Assembly (NCBI RefSeq): GCF_009914755.1
Contig: NC_060936.1
Length of the DNA: 64,000 bases
Direction: 5' to 3' (one strand)
DNA from: the human T2T-CHM13v2.0 reference genome, Homo sapiens
This document shows positions 15,328-29,885 of this stretch, piece after piece (the stretch's first letter is position 1; every line of letters begins with the position of its first letter). The position numbers were made by a program, and so were the translations under genes. Under the pieces are notes generated by a model. That model had not been told where the DNA came from, searched no databases, and saw only the letters and a program-made list of their open reading frames with translations.

Positions 15328-18300
15328 TTACAGGGTCAAATCAATACATATCATTACTAACATTGAATGTAATGTGCTAAATGCCCCATTTGAAAGGGAC
15401 GGAGTGGCAAGCTGGATAAAAAAGAAAGACCCAATAGTATGCTGTCTTCAAGAGACCCATCTCACATGCAGTGACACCCATAGGCTCAAAATAAAAGGGT
15501 AGAGGAAAATCTGCCAAGCAAATGGAAATCAGAAAAAAAGCAGGGGTTATAATCCTAATTTCAGACAAGCAGACTTTAAGCCAACAATGACTAAAAAAAG
15601 ACAAAGAAAGGCATTACATAATGGTAAAAGGTTCAATTTAACAAGAAGACCTGACTATTCTAAACATACATGCACTCAACACAGGAGCACCAGATTCATA
15701 AAGCAAGTTCTTAGAGACCTACAAAGAGACTGAGACTCCCACACAGTAATAGTGGGAGACTTTAACACTCCACTGACAGTATTAGACAGATCATCAAGGC
15801 AGAAAATTAACAAAGATGTTCAGTACCTGAACTCAACATTGGACTAAATAGATCTAATAGACCTCTACAGAACTCTTCACCCCAAAGCAGCAGAATATAC
15901 ATTCTTCTCATTGCTGTATGTCACATACTATAAAATCCACCACACAATTGAACATAAAACAATCCTCAGCAAATGCAAAATAACTGATATCATACCAAAC
16001 ACACCCTTGGACCGCAATGCAATAAAAATAGAAATCAAGACTAAAAAAATGTCTCAAAGTCATGTAATTACAAGGAAATTAAGCAGTCTGCTCCTTAATG
16101 ACTTTTGGGTAAATAATGAAATTAAGGCAGAAATCAAGAAGTTCTTTGAAACTAATAAGAACAAAGATACAACATACCAGAATCTCTGGGACACAGCTAA
16201 GGCAGTGGTAAAAGAGAAATTTATAGCACTAAATGCCCACATCAAAAAGTTAGAAAGACCTGAATTTAACAACCTAACATCACAACTAAAAGAACTAGAG
16301 GAGCAAGAGCAAACCAACCCCGATCTAGCAGAAGACAAGAAGTAACCAAAATCAGAGCTGAATTGAAGGATAGTGAGACATGAAAACCTTTCAAAAGATT
16401 GACAAATCTAGAAATTGATTTTTTGAAAAAATTGATGATTGGTAGGTCACTAGCTAGATTAATAAAGAAGAAAATAGAGAAGATCCAAATAAACACAATC
16501 AGAAATGACAAAGAGGATGTTACCACTGACCACACAAAATACAAATAACCATCACAGACTACTATGAAGACCCCTATGCACACAAACTAGAAAATTTGGA
16601 AATGATAAATAAATTCCTGGACACATACACCCTCCCAAGATGGAACCAGGAATAAATTGATTCCCTGAACAGATCAATAATGAGCTTCAAAATTGAATCA
16701 GTAATAAATAGCCTAACAATAAAAAAAAGTCCCAGGACCAGATGGATTCAGAGCCTAATTCGACCAGATGTGCAAAGAAGAGCTGGTACCATTCCTACTA
16801 AAACTACTTTTAAAAAGTTGAGGAGGATGGACTCCTCCCCAACTCATTCTGTGAGGCCAGCATCACCCTGATACCAAAACCTGGCAGAGACACAACAAAA
16901 AATGAAAACTTCAGGCCAGTATACTTGATGAACATCAATGCAAAAATCCTCAACAAAATACTTGCAAACCAAATCCAGCAGTGCATCAAAAAGCTAATCC
17001 ACCATGACCAAGTAGGCTTCATCCCTGGGATGCAAGGTTGGTTCAACATATGAAAATCAATAAATGTGATTCATCACATAAACAGAACCAAACACAAAAA
17101 TCACATAATTATCTCAATAGATACGGAAAAAGCTTTCAATGAAATTCAACATTTCTTGATGTTAAAAACTCTTAATAAACTAGGAACTAAAGGAACATAC
17201 ATTAAAATAGTTAGAGCCATCTATGACAAACCCACAGCCAACATCATAAATAATGGTCAAAAGCTGGAAGCATTCCCCTTGAAAACCAGCACAAGGCAAG
17301 GATGCCCTCTCTCATCATTCCTGTTCAACAGAGTATTGGAAGTTCTCGCCAGAGCAATCAGGCAAGGGAAAGAAATAAACGGTCAAATAGGAAGAAAGGA
17401 AGTCAAACTACCCCCGTTTGCATATGACATGATTCTATATCTAGAAAAACCCCATAGTTTTGTCTCAAAAGCTCCTTCAGCTGATAAACAACTTCAGCAA
17501 AGTTTCAGGATACAAAATCAACATACAAAAATTACTAGCATTCCTATACACCGATAATAGCCAAACCAAAAGCCAAATCAGAAAGGCAATCCCATTCACA
17601 ATTGCCATAAAAAGAACAAAATACCTAGGAATACAGCTAACCAGGGAGGTGAAAGATCTCAACAATGAGGATCACAAAACACTTCTCAAAGAAATCAGAG
17701 ATGACTTAAATGGAAAAACATTTCATGCTCATGGATAGGAGGAATCAATATCATAAAAAGCATTTTACAGATTCAATGCTTTTCCTGTCAAACTACTAGT
17801 GACATTCTTCACAAAACTAGAAAAAACTATTTTAAAATTCATATGGAACCACAAAACACCCAAATAGCCAAGGTAGTCCTAAGCAAACAGAACAAAGCTG
17901 GAGGCATCATGTTACCCGACTTCAAACTATATTACAGGGCTATGGTAGCCAAAATGGTATGGTACTGGTACAAAAACAGACACATAGACCAATGGTACAG
18001 AATAGAGAGCCCAGAAACAAGGCCACACACCTACAACCATCTGATCTTTGACAAAGCTGACAAAAACAAGCAATGGGGAAAGGACTCCCTATTCAATAAA
18101 TGGTGCTGGGATAACTAGTTAACCATATGCAGAAGATTAAAGCTGGACCCCTTCCTTACAAAATAAGGAGCTGGACCCCTTATACAAAAATCAACTCAAG
18201 ATGGATTAAAGCCTTAAATGTGAAACTATAAAACCCTGGAAGACAACATAGGCGATTCCATTCTAGACATCAGAACTGGCAAAGATTTCATGAGGAAGAC

Positions 18301-19135
18301 ACCAAAAGCAATTGCAACAAAAGCAAAAATTGACAACTGGGATATAATTAAATTTAAGAGCTTCTGCACAGCAAAAGAGAGACTATCAGCAGAGTAAACA
18401 GACCACCTACAGAATGGGAGAAAATATTTGCAAACTATGCATGTGACAAAGGTCTAATATCTAGCATCTATAAGTAACTTAAACAAATTTACAAGAGAAA
18501 ACCAAACAACCCCATTAAAAAGTGGGCAAAGGACATGAACAAATGCTTTTCAAAAGAAGACATACATGCATCTAACAAGTATATGAAACAAAGCTTAATC
18601 ACTGATCATTAGAGAAATACAAATCAAAACCACAATGAGATACTATCCCATACCAGTCAGAATGGCTATTATTAAAAAGTTAAAAAAATAACAGATGCTG
18701 GCAAGGTTGCGGAGAAAAGGGAACACTTATACACTGTTGGTGGGAGTGCAAATTAGTTCAACCATTGTGAAAAGCAGTGTAGTGATTCCTTGAGGAGCTA
18801 AAAACAGAACTACTGTTTGACCCAGCAATCCCATTACTGGGTATATACCCAAAGGAATAGAAATCATTCTTTCATAAAGACAAATACAAGTTTATGTCTA
18901 TTGCAGCACTATTCACAATAGTGAAGACACGGAATCAACTTAAATGCCCATTTAGCAGTGAATAAAGAAAATGTGGTACATATGCACTATGGAATACTAT
19001 GCATCCATAAAAAAGAACAAGATTATGTCCTCTGCAGGAACATGAATGGACCTGGAGGCCATCATCCTTAGCAAACTAACGCAGGAACAGAGAACCAAAT
19101 ACTGCATAGTCCTACTTATAAGTGGAGCTAAATGA
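15328..19135 (+). pseudogene. L1 ORF2p (endonuclease/reverse transcriptase) remnant
   Basis: Fragments [39 protein letters not shown] (FADD motif degraded), [12 protein letters not shown]; start codon lost; many stops and frameshifts. Confidence 0.95.
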
Positions 19136-19440
19136 TAACACATGGACACAAAGAGAGGAACAACAGACACTGGGGCCTACCAGGGGGTGAAGGGTAGGAG
19201 AAGGGAGAGGAGCAGGAAAAATAACTAACTAAAAATAACTTTTAGTTATTATTATAACTAATAAACTAACCAGGTGTAATAACTAGGCTTACACCTGGGT
19301 GATGAAATAATCTGTACAACAAACCCCTATGATTTGAGTTTACCTATATAACAAACCTGTACGTGTACCCCTGAACCTAAAATAAAAGTTAAGAAAAAGT
19401 TATACATGGTTTGGTGACAGTTACACTTCCAAGGAAAAAA

Positions 19441-19496
19441 AAAAGTTACATGTAGATCTTCGACTGTGTGGGGGTTATCAACCCTGTATTCAATTG
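19441..19496 (+). mobile_element. Tigger2a-like element, right remainder
   Basis: aaaagttacatgtagatcttcgactgtgtggggg continues the sequence broken at 10206. Confidence 0.7.
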
Positions 19497-19859
19497 TATT
19501 TGAATAAATTCCCAGGAGTGGGATACAGTGTTTACAGCTATACAATATAGCCTTTGATATGTGTTACCATATTGATTTCTTAAAGGATTGTAAGATTTAC
19601 ATCCTGTGGATTCTCTGTGGTTTAATAATTCAAAAGCCAAAGCAGGAGTGATAGTCATAATTTATTAACTAGGTGGGGCTTCAACCCATCTAAACCCAGG
19701 CCAGCTAGTCAGCCTGCCTGGGTGCACTGCCTGAATATCGTTGTGACTTAGCAAACTTTCAGTTGCCTCTAAGCCTCCCTTTCCCTCTATTTTCTGTTCT
19801 TTCAATCTGTTTTCTTTTTACTCTAGCTCTCTTCTGCTGCTTTAGCAAGATAGTAAAGC

Positions 19860-20065
19860 AATAGCTGACATTTTATTGAGTATTTACTCTGCCTTCATAT
19901 ATATTAGCCCACTTAACTCTTGCAACAACCCTATCAGGTGGCTTAGTCCCATTTTATAGCCATGAGCACCAAGGCTTGGAAGGCTAAGACACTTGCCCAG
20001 GCACACAGAGATGAACCATGACAGAGCTGAGATTCAAACCCAGGCTGTCTAGCTCCACAGGTTTT
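19860..20065 (-). mobile_element. MIR
   Basis: ttattgagtattta..caacaaccctat..cccattttatag..acttgcccagg..gattcaaacccaggctgtct. Confidence 0.8.
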
Positions 20066-21344
20066 AGCTAGAAGGCTTCCCAACCTGTGGGGTGTTGGGG
20101 TACTGGGGGGTGTGGTAGCACCAGAGAGGGAGAGAGGCTAGAAGCCTAAAGGGGCTGAAGACGTGGTGTTTCAGGTTCTTTTTTGCTCTTTTGTTTCCTG
20201 CATTATTAAACTTTTTGATTAGCTTCTCCCAGTGTCATATTTATTTGCAGCTGTTAAACATTAGAAGACTTCAGAGGGGGATTTATTTAAAGCATAGTTA
20301 TTAAAATGTCTATTTTGATTTAAGGATTTCTTCTGCTTTGTGTTACTCACTTGTCTCATATCTCTTTAATCTATAGTCATTTCTAATAAAGAACATTCAG
20401 AACCTACCAGCCAATGCATTTTAAGTGATTCTTGCCAAGTCGCATTGAAGTATATTATCTCTCAGCTGAATTATCACTCAGCTGCATCTCTGTCTTTTTA
20501 TTGTTCATAAACTCTGCAATGTGTCCATTCAGGTCCATTACAAAGTCATCTATGGATTTGGAGACTATACCTTGTTTATAGTATCCTATATTCTCCTGCC
20601 TAGAAGACGTCTCTGATTATTTTCCCCTTTAATGCTCAATTGGTTTTCAATTGAATTTTCACAAACTAGGCTGTAGATGTGGATCTTTGAAGTGGGGATT
20701 GATGATGGCTATTTTGGAGAATTTGAGGGTTGGAAGGTCTGTTTCTGGTTGTAAACCCCATAGATCCGTGAAAGAAAATGATAGACCGGATGTTTTCCCC
20801 GGATATGTCTCCTGGAAGTTTTCCTCAACAACCTTGGGCATAAAGAGAGAACTATGGGAAGTAAGGAATAGATAGAGTGGGAAATGCCCTATCTTTGTTG
20901 AGTTCCTTCAAACCAGAGACTCAGGCAAGAAATTGAGTGAGGACAGCGGGAGAGAGTCAGGAGAGTGAAACAGGGAAGGAGGACAAGTCAACATGAGGGG
21001 ATGTGTCCAAGGTCACCGATGTAGGCTGGATCTTTGAGAAGTATATAGAATGCCTTCTAGAATCTTCCACCTGAAAGATAGGTTGGAATATTTAGCCCTG
21101 TAGCTCCAGTCCCCTGTTGGGCAAGGGTTGCTCCTGGCATAAAAATGCCTCCAGCCTGTACTCCTGGGTGTGCCTGCCTGCAGGACAAGGAGGCTACTTT
21201 AGTGTTGGAGAGAGAGCCAGGTGAAGGTGAGCTCCTGGGAACTATCCATGTCAGTTGCATGGCTGACATCACAGGTGAGCCAGTGGCAAGTAAAACAGTC
21301 ATCAGAGGTTTCCTTGACACAGCCACAAAATGAGATGAAGCCTC

Positions 21345-22362
<1,018 letters not shown>

Positions 22363-23090
22363 TCAGAAAGCATGATGCTTCTTCATTCAAATTCTCTCCT
22401 GAAATTCTCCCATTAATGTGATCACCTGGGTCACCCGAGGAGCATTACTTCTGTGTATAATTACTCATTTATGTCAATGCAATGATACCCCCATTGGAGC
22501 TGGTAGCCTGAGGTAGGTAGGAAGTAGGTGGTACCTGCAGGGGCACCAGGGAGGCATGGGCCTGGGGCTACTTCAAACACTTACAAATCTACTGCCAGTT
22601 TGGCACCAGCCATGCTGGATGGGTGGGTGAGAGCCAGGGTTAGTACTGGCAAATTCTATGCTTCTTGCCTCTTTTCTAACTCTTTCCTTTCTCCCACCTG
22701 CTCAGGAAATGAGAGGGAGGGAGAAGCTACACCATCTGGGGCTGTGGGAAGGTCTGGCAGAGAGAAGGAACTTGACAGTGACAGTACTTGGGAGGCTCGA
22801 CTTCTTCTTGCTGTATCCAAGGACTGACTGAAACAACACAGGCAAGGGCCATTTATGGAAGTATGCACAGCATTGCAAGAATGTGCTTTTGGGAATTTTG
22901 ACAGAAATCTACATTTTGAAGGAGACATGATATTCATGTTAGGAAACAAATTCTCTCTCTGTGCCCCTTTTTTCTTTAACCCCACACCAGGTGCGCTTTT
23001 GCCAACACCAGGGAGATTCAGTATTTCCCTGAGTAGTGCCCCAATATCCTAATTCCTCCACATTTTTCTCTTTAAAACTTACCTGTGCCC

Positions 23091-23373
<283 letters not shown>

Positions 23374-23614
23374 TTACCTGTGCCCTTTAAGGCTCTGTTG
23401 ATGTTTCAATGGGAAAAGGCCAGGCCCTATTCTCCTACTCAAGTGACAATATAACAGGGACATTCTAGAAACAACACTCCCAACTACCTTTCCTAAGTCA
23501 AATAAGTGATTCTAAATATGGACTTCCAGGTTAGTGGGGAGAAAGGATGGGCCACTGGAGAAGGAAATTTGGAGCTTGCAAAACTTCATGGTGTTGGCAC
23601 TTGTCTTTTTTGTG

Positions 23615-24255
23615 GACAGGCTCTGGGACCTGACTCCCAGGGTTGAAATCCTGGTTCTGCCATTCGATTAGTTGTGAGACATTGGGGATTTGTTAACCTG
23701 CTTGTGCCTCAATTTTGTGCCCATGCCTCCCTGGTGCCCCTGCAGTTACCACCTACTTCCTACTCACCTCAGGCTACCAGCTCCAATAATAAGGGGTCTC
23801 ACTGCATTCTCATCACATTGACATAAATGATTAATTATACACAGAAGTAATGCTCCTCTGGGTTACCCAGGTGATCACATTAATGGGAGCATTTCAGGAG
23901 AGAATTTGAAGGAAGAGACATCATGCTGCCTGAACCACTCATTTATTCATTTCACTATGCAAATATTTATTGAGAACCTGTAATGTCCCAGGAACTATTC
24001 TTGATGGTGGAGATAAAATAGTGAACTGCTATTTGCAGTTCACTGTTTTGAAATTTTATTTTGAAATTTTATTCTAGAGGTAAAAATGAACAAAATTTTC
24101 TGTAAAATGGGGATAATAACTGGACCTTCCTCATACAGTTGGTGTGAGTGTTAAATGAGAGTAACTGAACCTGTCTTGTGGGGTTGGCATGAGCATCAAA
24201 TGAGTTAATGTGTGTGAAGTGCTTAGAACAATGCCTATGGCACAGTAAGCTTCCA
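23615..24255 (+). mobile_element. MIR split by an inverted templated insertion (halves ~23615-23717 and ~24095-24255)
   Basis: gaaatcctggttctgcca..ttaacctgcttgtgcctcaatttt, then ctgtaaaatggggataata..aagtgcttagaacaatgcct. Confidence 0.75.
23719..24082 (-). repeat. Inverted copy of 21911-21975 + 22298-22561
   Basis: gcccatgcctccctggtgcccctgcag is the reverse complement of 22535-22561, and similarity continues across the block. Confidence 0.93.
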
Positions 24256-24509
24256 AAATGATGACAATGATGAGTCCAGGAACTCACAAAGAGAACTCAC
24301 AAAGAGCCACAATTCCTACCAGTGACTTTGCCTTTGTAAAAATCTTTTACCCAGTTCCTGCGTATGACACTGCCTTCAAACTGTTTTTGGTGGGGAGAAT
24401 CAAAATCTATTACTTTCCCAAAACCTCCTGTGACTCTACTTATTGTTGATAAGAGAATGAAGTTCCTTGGTGGGGCACTCAAGACTCTCCAATTTGTCCT
24501 CAGCTATGG

Positions 24510-24995
24510 ATTGATGATTTTTATGGTTACAAGTGACAGAAAGCAATTTGGACTGGCTAAACATTGAGAGAATGTGTTGTCTCTTCCATCATGGCAACAT
24601 CTAAGTGTATAAATGTGCTGGTCTCTCTCGGTGGTGAGCACTCTCCTCAGAGAGACTCAGAAATTCCAGACTTACGTTATCCTCACAGCTAGTGATCTCA
24701 TGGAAAGAGATTGACTCTTTCCTAAAATTCCAACAAAATTCTTGGGATTTAGTCTTGGCACATTGGTTGACTTGAGTTCTGTGCTCAGCTCTAAACAAAT
24801 CATTCCATCCAAGAAGATAAAGGTAGTGATTGGCCAAGTCATGATCACAGGCCCCACTCTGAATCCAGCAGTGGGGTCAACTCTACTTTTCAGATCCTAA
24901 GAATAGATGGGCTTCCCTAAGGGAAAAGAGTTACTATGACAAAGAGAATAGAGAGTGAATACTGAGTAAGCAAAAGTAACAGATGTCCACCACAA
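24510..24995 (-). mobile_element. MLT1K/J-like LTR
   Basis: ggttacaagtgacagaaa..tgattggccaag..gcaaaagtaacagatgtccaccaca. Confidence 0.6.
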
Positions 24996-26680
24996 CCTAT
25001 CCTTCCTGCATTACTTGTTCTTTGAACACATGCTGCAATTTTCTATTTCCTGCCCTTGTACGTGATGTTTTCCTTTGCTTAAAATATCTATCTGACACCT
25101 CCACCTATCAAATGTTCAAAGTCCATTTTAAACAATACTCCCTTTATGTAACCTACTTTTAGACAATCATAAATTATTACCTTTATTACAGCCCTTGTCA
25201 TCATCCAACTTGTATTATATTACATTGTGTATGTCCCTTTCTTCTCTCGTTGGATTGTAAACTCTTTAAGGGAGATAATCATGGCTCATGCAGCATTGTA
25301 CAGTTGCACATTATTTGGATATCAGTGAATATCCTCCACCATGTGAAAAGCTTTGAGTCGGCTGTAAGGTATCATAATAAAGTTAGTTGTGGTTATCATT
25401 ATTTTCTAGTACCATGTCTTCCACAATGCAATTTTTAAATAAATATTTGAGTGGTTTCCCAGAATATCTTAAGTATAATCAGAAGTGATTTTGAGCAGTC
25501 TCCATATTCACTCTACCTCTTTCTAAACCCAAGATTAACATTATTCAGGTGCAGAAATGTGCCTTCTTTCAAGATGCTCCAGGCATCTGGGCCAAGCAAA
25601 CAGAGCTGTGAGTTTATTTTTTGTCTGCATTTAGATTAGGCTCTTTGGCATTGCTTTAGTTTTATTCCTTAGCAACCTTTTACATTTTAATAATCTCTTA
25701 TATCTTATCGACCTAAATCAAAGGCAGAGCTTCAAGTTTTTAAAGAGTCTTTCTAAGGCCAGTGGGTACATATTTACTTGCCCCTGGATGGTTTGACAGC
25801 CTCTAGTAAGCATACCTGTTACTAGCCAGCACTGGTCCCCCAGTGCTAACCAGGCCTGTGAGCTCAGCTGGACCCTGGTGACTTTGTCTTCCCTCATTTA
25901 TCTATTCAGAGACTGTAGCCCATTCACCAACCTTGCAAACGAATGTCACTGCAGACAGAAAGGTTGGCCTCTGGCAAAGCTTGATGTGGGCTACCACTCT
26001 TCCCCTGTCTTCCATTTTCCTCCATTTTATACACTCCCTTCCTTTCCCAAGAGATGCATACAGTATACTACCCTCTGGCTGCCTGGGGCTTCATTCTGGG
26101 AATCCCATCTGGATCTCCATTTTCTTCCCTCTCTCTGTTTCCTCCTCTTCTGTTCATAACAATGCCACTTGGTGACCCTTTGGGGTCAATCATCTTTTAT
26201 TAGATTAGTTATTAGTTATAATCAATGAGCTATAGTTATTCATGACTTGATGCATCAACCCTTCTAGATCAAACATTTAATTCACACTTCTTAGCAGGAT
26301 GGCTAGAAACAATTGTCAGCTCAAAGAAAAGGCAACCACGGAATGAGTCTCAGGCCGCAGAGTAGCTGTGGGAAAGGCCTGGAGAAGACTGAGAGTTGGA
26401 GGAGGACAGGGTGAGGCATACTTTTAGCAGTGCTTTATGGTAAATAGAACACCCTTGAAAAGAGCAGGCAAAAAATATTGAGAGACTGAAGCAGAAGCAG
26501 AATATACCCATCAATAGTTAGACAGGAAACTCCTTGAAATCATCGGCTTCTAGCTCCTGGTAAGCTAATGGTACTGCCCCCATTTATATTTTAAGAGGTA
26601 GGAACTTGGGGTTTGTTGACAAAATTCAACAGGGGATAATATTTTTGGCCAATTTTGACTTTTCAGGATAGTTATTGCTG

Positions 26681-26682
26681 TT

Positions 26683-26714
<32 letters not shown>

Positions 26715-26930
26715 TAAGACATGGTGCCTCTCTCTGTCACCCAGGCTGGAGTGCAGTGGTGCGATCATAGCTCACTGGAGCCTCAATCTCCCAGGCTCAA
26801 CCAATCCTCCTGCCTCAGCCTCCTGAGTAGCTAGGACTATAGGCATGTGCCACCATAGTTGATTAAATTTTTTTTTACATTTTTTTGTAGAGACAAGGTC
26901 TTACTATATTGCCCAGGCTGGTCTCAAATT
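26681..26930 (-). mobile_element. AluJ, 5'-truncated, with (TTTTG)n tail
   Basis: gatcatagctcactggagcctcaatctcccaggctcaa; ctatattgcccaggctggtc are J-type diagnostics. Confidence 0.92.
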
Positions 26931-26959
26931 CTTTGCTAGCCTTAATCAATACCACTTTA

Positions 26960-27170
26960 AACCATGCGCTTGTGTGCTTTGCATTTATCATCCCATTTGG
27001 TCCACATCAGCGTTCTGAGGAAGTCAGTGACAGAGATGACCCCATTTTGCAGATGAGAAGGCTGAGACTCAGAAAGGTTGGCTTATATTTCCCAAGGTTT
27101 CCTAACAAGCACATTGTAGAGTTAATATTCAAATCAAAGTGTCTGACTCCCAAGCCTTTGCTATATTCTC
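26960..27170 (-). mobile_element. MIR
   Basis: ccccattttgcagatgagaaggctgagactcagaaaggtt core. Confidence 0.8.
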
Positions 27171-27948
27171 ATTCAATCCTGTCAAAACAGACAACTGAAG
27201 CAGTTTCCAACTTCTTATATACAGGTCTCTCCATAACTGACTTATCTGCAAACAGATTTTTGAGCATGTTCAATGTGTAATCTTTGTTCATTGTTGAGGA
27301 TACTAAAATACGTAGCAAGTGCCCTGGGACTAGTATGAGGGAGCGGTGAGCCCTGGCGGGGGAAATGAAAGTGTTTCACAGAGGCTGATACATTTGAGCC
27401 TAGTGATAAAGGATGAGCAGGAGTTTGGTGGGCAAAAAAAGAAAAAGATGCTTTGTTTCTCTTTTAGACTCTACAAACATACCCAGTGTGGGAAGGGGAG
27501 TATATGGGATGGCAAATGGTGCTATTCTTGTGATCTACCCAGTTTGATGTCCCTAGAAGGGGCTTGTGAGCTCTATGGTGGGGTGGGTTGTAGGGAGTTA
27601 CAAATAGATCCACGGTGACATACACAGTAAGGAACAGAATGGGGAGCCTGGAATCTGCAAAGGGAGAATAAGAAACAATAATGGAGATGTGGTTTTTTAT
27701 CTAGACTTTGGGGAACAGAGATATGAGGAAACAGATTATGAGGAAGGTGATTTAGGTCAAAACAACAGTGGAGGAGGGCTAAACTAAAGCAAAGACACTT
27801 AGGCAGAAGTTTGAGGGAGATTGCCCTGGTCTATTGGTTTTAATGGGGAAAAAGCTCACTAGCTTGCACAAAGTGATATTAATCAGTAACAAACCCCCAA
27901 AGTCCAGATATCAAACCATAGGAGGACTGTTAGGTAAAAGGTGGTGTA

Positions 27949-28369
27949 TGATATGGTTTGAATGTATGTCCTTGCCCAAATCTCATGTTGAATTGTAATC
28001 CCCAGTGTTGGAGGTTGGGCTTGGTGGGAGGTGTTTGGATCATGGGGACGGATCCCTCATGGATGGCTTGGGCCATCCCCTTGGTGATAAGTGAGCTCTC
28101 ACTTTTGAGTTCTCGCAAGATTTGGTCATTTAACAGTGTGTAGCATCTCCCTGCCACTCTCTCTGTCTCTTGCTCCGTTCTTGCCATGTGATGTGTCTGT
28201 TCCTCCTCTGCCTTCTGCCCTGATTGGAAGCTTCCTCAGGCCTCCCCAGAAGGAGATGCCAACATGCTTTCTGTACAGCCTGCAGAACCATAAGCCAACT
28301 AAATCTCTTTTCTTATAAATTACCCAGTCTCAGGTATTTCTTTATAGCAATGCAAGAATGACCTAACAC
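27949..28369 (+). mobile_element. MSTB-like solo LTR
   Basis: tgatatggtttgaatgt..ggatccctcatggatggcttggg..ataaattacccagtctcaggtatttctttatagcaatgcaagaa. Confidence 0.9.
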
Positions 28370-28614
28370 TGTATATTAACTTAACTGAATTTGATACAGC
28401 TGTTAAGAACAACTGCTTGGGAACATAAAAACTGCCAACATTCAAATGGCACAGTACAACATTATATTCATACTCCAGGTATCCACAGGAACTAGAATAT
28501 ATAAAATTGGAAGTGATTGTGTTGGTTGGGATAACTGTTTTTATTTTTCACAATTCAAAAGGAAGAGGTTATCTCAAAGTGATTTTTCTGAGGGCCTGTC
28601 ATTACACTGAGAGT

Positions 28615-28830
28615 AATAATAACCACCATTTGTTGAGTGCAGCGTGTGTGTCAGACACTGTTCTGTTTCATGGATTATCTCATTCAGTCTTCACAGCAGC
28701 CACAACAGGTGAGTATGGTTATTGGGTGATGGTTGCTGAGGTCTCTTGCCCAAGATCCCACGGGTAGAATTAGGATGTAAACCCAGGAAGCTGGACGTCA
28801 GAGTTCATGCTTTTTACTACTGTGCTATAT
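28615..28830 (-). mobile_element. MIR
   Basis: catttgttgagtgc..cagacactgttct..cttgcccaagatc..aacccagg. Confidence 0.7.
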
Positions 28831-29441
28831 ACTGCTTCACCTTAACCATATGAAAAAGTCATTTTGATATGAACAGTCTTGCTAGGACATTCAGAATGGC
28901 CTAATGTCATTCTGAATTCTTCTCTAGGGAAACAATGTTGGAAAAGTGTCCCCTGAAGAAAGCATAGGGCCAGCGGGCATAACACAAGCCTGCACCTGAG
29001 GAAAGCTAGATTCACCATTTAGTTTCACTATGGAATGGCCCAGCTAATTTGAGAAATTTCATGGAGCTCTTGCCTCCAAGAAATTATTTAATCTCTCTGC
29101 ATACTGCAGTAGCTCCTTTTATATGCAAACCCCATGTATTGAGTAATTCTTAACAAGATGGACTTTTCTCTGTTAGTTGAGGTAAAACAATCAATTACCA
29201 GCAATAGATTTAGAACCAAACAGAAAGCGTGCACTTTAAAGAGTCCCTGGACAAACTCTGCTCAATATTGTTCCAAAAAGCTGTCTCAGGTACACAAAGG
29301 CAAGCTCTGGCTGTATGCTCCAATGAAGTGTTACTAGATGCTTTAAGATGTGGTCATTTGTGACAAAAGCAGAATCTTACATTCTGTAACTCTTTACAAG
29401 AATCTAACAGCACTTTCATAGATGTGATTTCAATTGGTCTT

Positions 29442-29885
29442 TGTTATGGGCTGAATTGTGTCCCCTTAAAGTTCAAATGTTGAAGTCCTAACCCCTAGCA
29501 CCTCAGAATGTGTGTGGCCTTATTTAGAAATAGAGTCGTTGCAGACATATTTAGTGAAGATGAGGGCACACTGGAGTAGGGTGGACCCCAAATCCAATAG
29601 AGCTGGCGTTCTTATTTAAAAAGGGAAATTTGGAGACAGACATGCAGGGAGAATGCCATGTGGAGATGAAGGCAGAGATCGGGTGGTGTAGCAGAAGTCA
29701 AGGAACACCAAAGGCTGCCAACAAGCCTCCCGGAGCTGGGGAGGAGGCTGGGAACAGATTCTCCCTAACAGCCCTCAGAGGGAACCAACCCTGATCTAGG
29801 ACTTCCAGCCTCCAGAACTGTGAGAAAAATACATTCCTGTTGCTTAAACCACTCATTTTGTTGTGGCAGCCCTGGGAAATTAATG
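29442..29885 (+). mobile_element. MLT1C-like solo LTR
   Basis: tgttatgggctgaattgtgtcccc..aggaacaccaaagg..acagattctccct..gacttccagcctccagaactgtgaga. Confidence 0.88.

Noticed and set aside
14369-19135. Possibly active L1
   Set aside because: Both ORFs are fragmented, the RT motif is degraded and the 5'UTR is interrupted.
24115-24205. Short degenerate tandem repeat inside the MIR
   Set aside because: Low identity within an ancient repeat, so it is too weak to call a separate event.
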